The notes under the pieces: generated by a model
Told to the model about the DNA's origin: nothing
The model's input: only the letters and a program-made list of their open reading frames with translations
Database searches by the model: none
Shown: piece after piece, positions 58,672-64,000 of the stretch
Layout of the letters: every line of letters begins with the position of its first letter
Position numbering within the stretch: the stretch's first letter is position 1
Virus record (IMG/VR): IMGVR_UViG_3300044629_000431
Location: 1 to 64,000 of that record
DNA from: a virus
DNA length: 64,000 nt
Strand: one strand, 5' to 3'
Position numbers and translations under genes: made by a program

Positions 58672-58740
58672 AATTCAATGAGGGGAGAGGTATCCCTGTA
58701 GACGAAAATACATCGCCACCGCTCCTGCCATAAAATATTC
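58672..58740 (+). ncRNA. Candidate small RNA, copy B (ends approximate)
   Basis: Plus-strand TTGATC-17-TATCTT (58637-58665), with the -10 box 30 bp from palindrome 58606; homologous to copy A. Confidence 0.45.
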
Positions 58741-58770
58741 ATTCTCAATAAGGCGCGCCTTATTGAGAAT
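58741..58770. promoter_or_regulatory. Perfect 30-bp palindrome ATTCTCAATAA-GGCGCGCC-TTATTGAGAAT
   Basis: Seen directly; a second copy of the arms lies at 59466-59497. Confidence 0.7.
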
Positions 58771-58801
58771 TATATCATGTGCCAATATTTAAACTGGCAC
58801 A

Positions 58802-58954
58802 TTACTCGAACGGATCGAACTCTTGTACCCTACAATGGATATCTTCACCTGGTTCGAGTTCGAGTAAGTCACGCCAATTAATATTATCTAGATCTAGATC
58901 ATCATAACACATGATGTCTAGTGTTACCTGTATGATGCGTTTTTGTGCTAGCAT
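58802..58954 (-). CDS. Small acidic protein (50 aa, MLAQKRIIQVTLDIMCYDDLDLDNINWRDLLEL...)
   Basis: Translated by hand; the stop abuts palindrome 58778. Confidence 0.6.
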   Translation of the reverse strand: MLAQKRIIQVTLDIMCYDDLDLDNINWRDLLELEPGEDIHCRVQEFDPFE

Positions 58955-58960
58955 AGGTGT

Positions 58961-59301
58961 CTCGTCTAGATGTATGTGTCTAGTCTAGATTGTATCATGC
59001 ATAATGACGATATGCAAGACTTTCGTAATCTTGCCCATCTCGTGCATAATCCTCGTCGAGATCTAGTGCATCTTGTGCATAATACTCGTCGAGATCGTAT
59101 GAATGATCGTTACAGTATGTGTAGTCGAGATCGTAGTCGTCGTACATAAGCTCGTCGAGATCTTTGAAACGCATGTGTATTGTAGCATAAAGCTCGACGA
59201 GATGCAAGATATACTAGATGTAGATCTCGACGAGATTCATAACAATATATATGTGTTCTCGTCTAGAATTGTGTGCTTCTCGACACATGTTCTCGACTAG
59301 A
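58961..59301. repeat. Ten copies of the 10-mer CT(C/A)G(T/A)C(G/T)AGA, mostly ~33 bp apart
   Basis: Starts at 58961, 58980, 59052, 59085, 59121 (one mismatch), 59151, 59193, 59226, 59258 and 59292. Confidence 0.8.
58995..59147 (-). CDS. Asp/Tyr-rich 50-aa protein (MYDDYDLDYTY...)
   Basis: Promoter TTGCAT-17-TACAAT at 59179-59207. Confidence 0.55.
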   Translation of the reverse strand: MYDDYDLDYTYCNDHSYDLDEYYAQDALDLDEDYARDGQDYESLAYRHYA

Positions 59302-59409
59302 TTCTATCACGAACTCATAAGAATGTCAAGTCCTTATAAGTCTTGTGTGGGTCTCGGAGCATTTTCGCGGGGGGGCGGACTTGACAAACTCCGCGTCTTA
59401 TGATACGCT
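59301..59409. promoter_or_regulatory. Divergent sigma70 promoters
   Basis: Minus strand TTGACA-17-TAGAAT (59301-59329); plus strand TTGACA-17-TACGCT (59381-59409). Confidence 0.7.
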
Positions 59410-59465
59410 CGCTTAGGTCACAAGACCCAGACACATTTATAAGTATTAAACACATAAGGTCTGGG

Positions 59466-59497
59466 TATTCTCAATAATATCAACTTTATTGAGAATA
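59466..59497. promoter_or_regulatory. Inverted repeat TATTCTCAATAA-N8-TTATTGAGAATA
   Basis: Same arms and the same 8-bp spacer length as 58741-58770. Confidence 0.7.
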
Positions 59498-59636
59498 TTA
59501 TAAAAAACACAAATATATTTCTGTTAATAATAGGTTAAATCTTCATTGTATACTATACGACACAAAATCTGTCATACCATACAATAAATCATATATACCA
59601 TACAATATATTATGGTGTAACACCTTACAATATAAA

Positions 59637-60413
59637 ATGGAAAGAGGCATCATCTATCTCATTCTCAACAAGCAAACAGGTGAAAAATACGTCGGAAACA
59701 CCACACTTGCGATGAATAAAGAATGGGTACACCACATCGACCGTTCTAAAAGAATGTCATCTGAACCTTTACATAAGGCATTCAGACAATATGGTGTGCA
59801 TAACTTTATGATCAAAGAGTTAGATGAATACGATGATACCTGTTTAGAGAACAAACTCAATGAATGGATAGACAAATATAAACCTGAATACAATCTTATT
59901 GTTACTAATGTAGAAAAAACGGTAATCTCAATGCAGGAAAAGCGGGAACCCGTAGGGTTGAGCGATAGCGAGATACCTAAACCTAAAAAAGAAAGAACAT
60001 ATAAGTCATCACCACACCTTATACAATGGAATGAAGAGAATAGAGGAGATGGTAAACACTTTGGTATTAAAATAAGAGGTAAGAACTTAGATACTGGTTT
60101 ATGTACTGACTATGAAAATGCAAGAGTCGCAGCAGAACAAGTGACAGGTAATCCGCGAAACAATTCTAACATTCTACTTGCTGCCAAAACTGGTAGAACT
60201 GCATACGGATACAAATGGCAATTATTAGAAGAGAAGAAGAATAAAAGATCGGTATTTGGTGTCCATAAAAAAACGGGGTTGATTGGTCCCCGTTATGAAA
60301 GTATTAACGCTGCTGTTCGTGCCTTTGAATGTACTGATAAACACAGCATTCTCAAAAGTCTGAAGAACCCTGGTAAGTACAGTTGGAAGGGTTACTTTTG
60401 GTTCTTTGGTTGA
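59637..60413 (+). CDS. GIY-YIG (Seg-like) homing endonuclease with NUMOD1-like C-terminal modules
   Basis: GIIY...KYVG.T, H...S, LHKAFRQYG..NF and YN motifs, plus TAYGYKW and YESINAAVR repeats. It is the only well-supported plus-strand CDS. Confidence 0.8.
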   Translation: MERGIIYLILNKQTGEKYVGNTTLAMNKEWVHHIDRSKRMSSEPLHKAFRQYGVHNFMIKELDEYDDTCLENKLNEWIDKYKPEYNLIVTNVEKTVISMQEKREPVGLSDSEIPKPKKERTYKSSPHLIQWNEENRGDGKHFGIKIRGKNLDTGLCTDYENARVAAEQVTGNPRNNSNILLAAKTGRTAYGYKWQLLEEKKNKRSVFGVHKKTGLIGPRYESINAAVRAFECTDKHSILKSLKNPGKYSWKGYFWFFG

Positions 60414-60652
60414 ACTGTTGCCTTATACGGAACTTTACCAGTCTCGGTATACATCAGAATATCATACTTGAACTTGCATTCTAATGGACGTTCATTGCAC
60501 AACTTGAGTGTTTGATTGACCGTTGACTGATGTGTCACTGCACCAGAGAGTGAATATCCAATAAGTGTTGAAAGAATACAATAAACAGGTATCAGAAAAC
60601 TGGTACGATTTCTGAGTCTGTGTACCCTTGTTTCTTCACGTGTTGTTCCCAT
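60392..60652 (-). CDS. Small membrane protein
   Basis: Hydrophobic segment plus a C..RP.EC motif. Confidence 0.55.
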   Translation of the reverse strand: MGTTREETRVHRLRNRTSFLIPVYCILSTLIGYSLSGAVTHQSTVNQTLKLCNERPLECKFKYDILMYTETGKVPYKATVQPKNQK

Positions 60653-60670
60653 AATGATGCATCCTCAATG

Positions 60671-60913
60671 TTATAGAAAATTGCGGTTTGTTTGGTGATT
60701 TTGTTCTTCTTCAATTTGTAGTATACAACTTGGTATTTCATTGTCATTCCAATGTCGAATTACGCCTGCAATAATAAAAAGATTAGTGAGAAGATAAGTG
60801 CCGAATATAATAGTCCGTATATGAGCAACGTGGTCTGATTCTCTGTCATTCTTTGATGCCTTTTCGCCTAATGCCTTTGCCCAGAATCTCCATAATGTTT
60901 TTCTCTTCTTCAT
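60671..60913 (-). CDS. Small membrane protein (WAKALGEKA...IAGVIRHW family)
   Basis: Conserved-looking motif and one transmembrane segment. Confidence 0.65.
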   Translation of the reverse strand: MKKRKTLWRFWAKALGEKASKNDRESDHVAHIRTIIFGTYLLTNLFIIAGVIRHWNDNEIPSCILQIEEEQNHQTNRNFL

Positions 60914-61575
60914 GGAACTTTATAACGTTTGCCGATGTCAGGGTTGTATGGAAGTAGGTCTGCTTCAATCTTTATTTCCTTTTGCTTTTCTTTTGTGGTT
61001 CTTGTATCCAGAACATTGGTATTCATTAACTTTGGAGCAGTCATTTGTTCTGGTACATAAGAGTCTGCCAGACCAACACCAGTTGATGTTCTCATTCCTG
61101 GTCGATACTTGAGTTGAGCAGTGAGTGGAATCTTATCCTGGTTGCGGTCATAGGCAGCAGCCATTCTTGCAGATAATGTTGCTTTGACTGGTGTTGCTTT
61201 TTCTTTTGCCTGTTGAATCTTTGCTAGAAAGTCTTTGAATGTTGTTTGTGTTCCAGTTCTTAATGCTTGACCTGATGAATACCGTTCTCTTTCGGAGGCA
61301 GAAGATTCAGATGGTTTTGGTTGTGCAACTGGTTTTGCTTGTGGTGCCTGAGCAACTGGTTTTGGTGTCACACCAAACTGTGAAAGACGTGACTTTAACT
61401 CTGCCTGAAAGTTCTTGAATGATCTCCAGTCACTTGTTGTTTTTGGTGATGTGATCTGTGCTCCAGAAGAGTGCTTCCAAATGTTGTGCTTTCCCGTATC
61501 ACGCACAAGTTCAAATCCTTTCTCAAGGGCATGTTTTGCAAACGGGTCTTTTCTGCCTTCTTGTATGTCGTTCAC
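60910..61575 (-). CDS. Protein with an N-terminal HicA-like domain
   Basis: GFELVR..GKH.IWKH.SGA.I..PKT.SD motif; late promoter ATAAATA at 61603-61609. Confidence 0.55.
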   Translation of the reverse strand: MNDIQEGRKDPFAKHALEKGFELVRDTGKHNIWKHSSGAQITSPKTTSDWRSFKNFQAELKSRLSQFGVTPKPVAQAPQAKPVAQPKPSESSASERERYSSGQALRTGTQTTFKDFLAKIQQAKEKATPVKATLSARMAAAYDRNQDKIPLTAQLKYRPGMRTSTGVGLADSYVPEQMTAPKLMNTNVLDTRTTKEKQKEIKIEADLLPYNPDIGKRYKVP

Positions 61576-61838
61576 TACTTCTCTGAAAGAATCTCTTCTG
61601 AATATTTATCAGTACGGTATCCGACATACTCTAATTGACTCCACTGTTCTTTGTAACAAAGCACAAGCACTCTGTTGTTTTTGTGCAGTGAACATGCTTG
61701 AATGTTTTGTTCATCTTTTGGAAACACATTGGTCTCAATGGTGATGTACTCCTTATCGGCAAAGTATACCCACCCCTCAACACCTTTGGTCCATGAAACA
61801 TAGTCATTCAAACTGGGTTTATACATACGCTGCTTCAA
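61575..61838 (-). CDS. Hypothetical protein (DYV.W...EGWVYF...EYITIE family)
   Basis: ORF within a tightly packed operon. Confidence 0.65.
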   Translation of the reverse strand: MKQRMYKPSLNDYVSWTKGVEGWVYFADKEYITIETNVFPKDEQNIQACSLHKNNRVLVLCYKEQWSQLEYVGYRTDKYSEEILSEK

Positions 61839-62097
61839 GTGGAGTTTGCTTTGGAATCATTGCAGAATACGGTGTTGTGTTTCCTATATCCACCGACTGT
61901 CCAATGGTTTTGGAGTTGATGGGGGAATAATAGGTTCTTGTTTTTGTGTTGTAGAACCCCCAGATACAACGGACGGGATCACCAAGATTGTAGTCAAACC
62001 GACGCTGATAATGAATCCAGATAGCAATAACATTGCGTTTAAACTCTGTTTGCTCATAATACATTCTTTTGGGTGCCTTATGGGGAAACTCAAGCAT
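61819..62097 (-). CDS. Hypothetical protein (likely start MLEFPHKAP)
   Basis: IWGFYN...YYSPIN...TTPYSAM motif. Confidence 0.65.
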   Translation of the reverse strand: MLEFPHKAPKRMYYEQTEFKRNVIAIWIHYQRRFDYNLGDPVRCIWGFYNTKTRTYYSPINSKTIGQSVDIGNTTPYSAMIPKQTPLEAAYV

Positions 62098-62251
62098 CGA
62101 CAACGGCACGGAGACGGTTTGGATTGTATCCTTCGGCAATGAGGTCATTTAACTTTGCACTTGCTTGTTCTTTGGTCAGTTGAACAGTATCAACATCCAC
62201 CAGTTCCCAACCGCTGGTGGTCAGTTCTTCAAGACGATAAAGTTTTTCCAT
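62090..62251 (-). CDS. Hypothetical 53-aa protein (MEKLYRLEELTTSGWE...EGYNPNRLRAV)
   Basis: Translated by hand; fills the gap in the operon. Confidence 0.65.
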   Translation of the reverse strand: MEKLYRLEELTTSGWELVDVDTVQLTKEQASAKLNDLIAEGYNPNRLRAVVDA

Positions 62252-62256
62252 GGTTA

Positions 62257-62487
62257 TCAGGTCGTAAATGCATCAATGATACCAGATTCATACTCATCCA
62301 CAAGAGCAAACTTTTGTGCCTTGACAACGTTTGGCATAATCAGATTCTGATAACGTTCATCAAAACCTTCTTCTTCTGCAAGAAGTTCAAATGCTTCCGT
62401 GTCATTCTCAGCAATCAGTGAAACGACTCCACCATACTCAGAAGATGGAAACGGAACCCAGTAGTCAACAATGTAAAGAGATTTCAT
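62257..62487 (-). CDS. Hypothetical protein (YIVDYWVPFPSSEYGG family)
   Basis: Promoter TTGACA-17-TAAAAT upstream. Confidence 0.7.
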   Translation of the reverse strand: MKSLYIVDYWVPFPSSEYGGVVSLIAENDTEAFELLAEEEGFDERYQNLIMPNVVKAQKFALVDEYESGIIDAFTT

Positions 62488-62500
62488 TGGTATGTGTAAA

Positions 62501-62683
62501 TTACTCCTTTATTTTAGTATGACGCTCAGTGTTTGTCAAGTTTGCAAGTTGTCTTTGAATCTCAAACTTGACGGGAAACAAATGTGATGAAAAGAAACCA
62601 GCATACTGCCCATCCTTGAGAAGATTGTAAATGTTCTCAACCTGCATCTGTGCCAGAATGAGTTTTGTCTTCTGGTCCATCAA
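62501..62683 (-). CDS. Hypothetical protein
   Basis: 60-aa ORF coupled to the upstream gene. Confidence 0.6.
   Translation of the reverse strand: MMDQKTKLILAQMQVENIYNLLKDGQYAGFFSSHLFPVKFEIQRQLANLTNTERHTKIKE
62511..62539 (-). promoter_or_regulatory. sigma70-like promoter TTGACA-17-TAAAAT
   Basis: Near-consensus; lies in the 3' end of the upstream ORF. Confidence 0.7.
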
Positions 62684-62862
62684 ACAAACTCCTGAATGTA
62701 GTAGTCTACGGTGACTTCCAGTTCTGCTGCTTTTTGTTCATAAAAGTTGTCAGTGTACTGCTGGGCAGCGACCCATGCTTGATGGTTAAACTGTTCGACC
62801 TCAGCATGTTTCATAAAGTCTTCAAATGCGTTCATAAACTGTTTAATGTCCTCGTCGTTCAT
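62680..62862 (-). CDS. Hypothetical protein (E.KAAELEVTVDYY..EF family)
   Basis: 60-aa ORF with overlapping start and stop codons. Confidence 0.65.
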   Translation of the reverse strand: MNDEDIKQFMNAFEDFMKHAEVEQFNHQAWVAAQQYTDNFYEQKAAELEVTVDYYIQEFV

Positions 62863-63008
62863 TTTGCGTAGCGGCAGTTAGGGTGAGGTGCAGGAAGTTC
62901 GGCACATGCTTTATCATATGCCTTGAACAGTTCTTGGTCACGTTTGATGAGAACACCGTTCCACATCAAAATAGCAATGAAAGCGAGAAAGATGTAAGAG
63001 GTCTTCAT
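62859..63008 (-). CDS. Small membrane protein (49 aa, MKTSYIFLAFIAILMWN...RDQELFKAYD)
   Basis: Translated by hand; start and stop overlap both neighbours. Confidence 0.6.
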   Translation of the reverse strand: MKTSYIFLAFIAILMWNGVLIKRDQELFKAYDKACAELPAPHPNCRYAK

Positions 63009-63268
63009 CAGCAGGCACCGTAGAAAGGATTGCCAAGTTGAGGCAGGTTGGAGTTGTCACGGGTCTCAGTGTAACCAAGTGCCACACGCTCACGGATGTC
63101 CAGCAGCATCTCCACACGGTTCAGAAACTTCTTCGACACTTGACCGTGAGGAGCAAAGGTAACAGCACGGAGAAACCACTCTTTGCTGATGTCACCGTAG
63201 GGGGTCTTGACGGGGTAGAAGTCAACAACCATGTTACCGTCCTTGCTGGTCAGTTGAGGCGTTTGCAT
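63008..63268 (-). CDS. Hypothetical early protein (LTSKDGNMVVDFYP family)
   Basis: TATAAT at 63295-63300, with a degenerate 24-bp palindrome 29 bp upstream. Confidence 0.65.
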   Translation of the reverse strand: MQTPQLTSKDGNMVVDFYPVKTPYGDISKEWFLRAVTFAPHGQVSKKFLNRVEMLLDIRERVALGYTETRDNSNLPQLGNPFYGAC

Positions 63269-63302
63269 CGGGTCTTCCCCTTGACTACCTTAGTATTATA
63301 GG

Positions 63303-63507
63303 TCAGAAGGACGGCACCACGTCGTTCCGTAGACCAGTTTGCGAAGTGTCCATCTGCTCAAACACCGTGTAAAGTTTGTTATACAGTGCTGGCACACTTC
63401 CATATTCTCTTGCGATTTGATGTTCTTCCCTGACTCCAAGTAACTGCAGTGCAGATAGAATCACACCAATTTCATGAACATTCAGTTGTACAGTTGTTTC
63501 AGTCATT
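63303..63507 (-). CDS. Hypothetical protein (LNVHEIGVILSAL; start approximate, MTETT)
   Basis: ORF within the operon. Confidence 0.55.
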
Positions 63508-63511
63508 GTTA

Positions 63512-63892
63512 TCAGTCCCAAGATACGTTTTGAAGTAAGAAACCAGGCATTACCATTGACCAGGCACCCTGCTCACCAGTACCACTAATTTTATATTCCC
63601 ATTTATAGGCAAACTTATTATGACTGTCCCAAGTCATAAAACCTTTCTCCTTATCAAACCAGGATTTGATGGTCAGACCAAACCGATTGGAGTAAATGTT
63701 ACGGGTTCGCAGTGCTCCACCAGTCTCACGGGTTTCTACAACCTTACAGGTATCAAACTGAGCCTGAAGACCTGCATCCAGGGCACAAGGAGTTTCATAC
63801 ACAAATGGACGATAGACTTTCGGTTTTTGTGTAGTCTGTGCCAGTGCTGGAGAAGTCAGCAACAAAGTAGCGGCAAGTGCAAGCAGTTTCAT
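63512..63892 (-). CDS. Putative secreted/periplasmic protein
   Basis: Signal peptide MKLLALAATLLLTSPALA. Confidence 0.65.
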   Translation of the reverse strand: MKLLALAATLLLTSPALAQTTQKPKVYRPFVYETPCALDAGLQAQFDTCKVVETRETGGALRTRNIYSNRFGLTIKSWFDKEKGFMTWDSHNKFAYKWEYKISGTGEQGAWSMVMPGFLLQNVSWD

Positions 63893-64000
63893 TCAAACTC
63901 TCCAGTGCGATTATGTGGTTTAGAGTTTTTGAGTGAATAAACTTCTGTGCTCAATGTTTGAACGGCACTATACAGATTGCTTTCGACTTGATTCACTTTA

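Larger units (their letters stand above)
53498..58801. repeat. Dispersed 24-bp palindrome TGTG(C/A)CA-N10-TG(G/T)CACA, 14 copies (plus a degenerate copy at 63330-63353)
   Basis: Copies start at 53498, 53926, 54378, 54625, 54869, 55165, 55567, 55968, 56919, 57357, 57955, 58324, 58606 and 58778; some have one degenerate half. All but 58778 lie 29-31 bp upstream of a minus-strand -10 box. Confidence 0.9.

Noticed and set aside
53498-58801. 24-bp palindromes as a CRISPR array
   Set aside because: Copies are hundreds of bp apart, separated by genes and variable in the centre; no cas genes are present.
58961-59301. Periodic 10-mers as a mini-CRISPR or TIGR-type guide array
   Set aside because: The repeats are only 10 bp, spacing varies from 30 to 42 bp, part of the array is coding, and no Cas or Nop-domain protein is visible.
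1-64000. tRNA/rRNA genes, photosynthesis genes, integrase or reverse transcriptase
   Set aside because: None was recognised by eye; a tRNAscan/Infernal run would be needed to exclude RNA genes formally.

Overview
This is a segment of a T4-like myovirus genome whose gene content and order match T4-like cyanophages; the cyanobacterial host is inferred. Almost every real gene is on the minus strand. Positions 1-49.8 kb hold the conserved core. It begins with gp46/gp47, gp55, uvsW, uvsY and gp3, then the head genes gp23-gp20, tail genes gp19/gp18 and terminase gp17/gp16, with three extra genes between gp16 and gp17. It continues with gp15-gp13, large virion proteins and the baseplate genes gp8/gp7/gp6/gp25, driven by (T)ATAAATA late promoters. 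Positions 49.8-52.6 kb carry speD, a glycosyltransferase-like gene and small ORFs. Positions 52.7-59.6 kb are the most unusual part, an array of tiny genes that is GC-rich at its left end. Most of these transcription units sit behind a sigma70-like promoter with a 24-bp palindrome (TGTGCCA-N10-TGGCACA) fixed 29-31 bp upstream of the -10 box, and the palindrome usually overlaps the end of the preceding gene. Two of the palindromes have a promoter on each side, and the second promoter points into a related ~59-nt non-coding element present in two copies (candidate sRNA). Next comes an origin-like block with ~33-bp-periodic 10-mers, divergent promoters and two ATTCTCAATAA-N8-TTATTGAGAAT operators, then a lone plus-strand GIY-YIG endonuclease and more small ORFs. 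Other candidates are a SAM-lyase-like early gene, a ligase-fold protein, proteins with a T4-like capsid-targeting sequence and a HicA-like late protein. No tRNA, rRNA or CRISPR array was recognised. All calls come from reading the sequence by eye; no searches were run.
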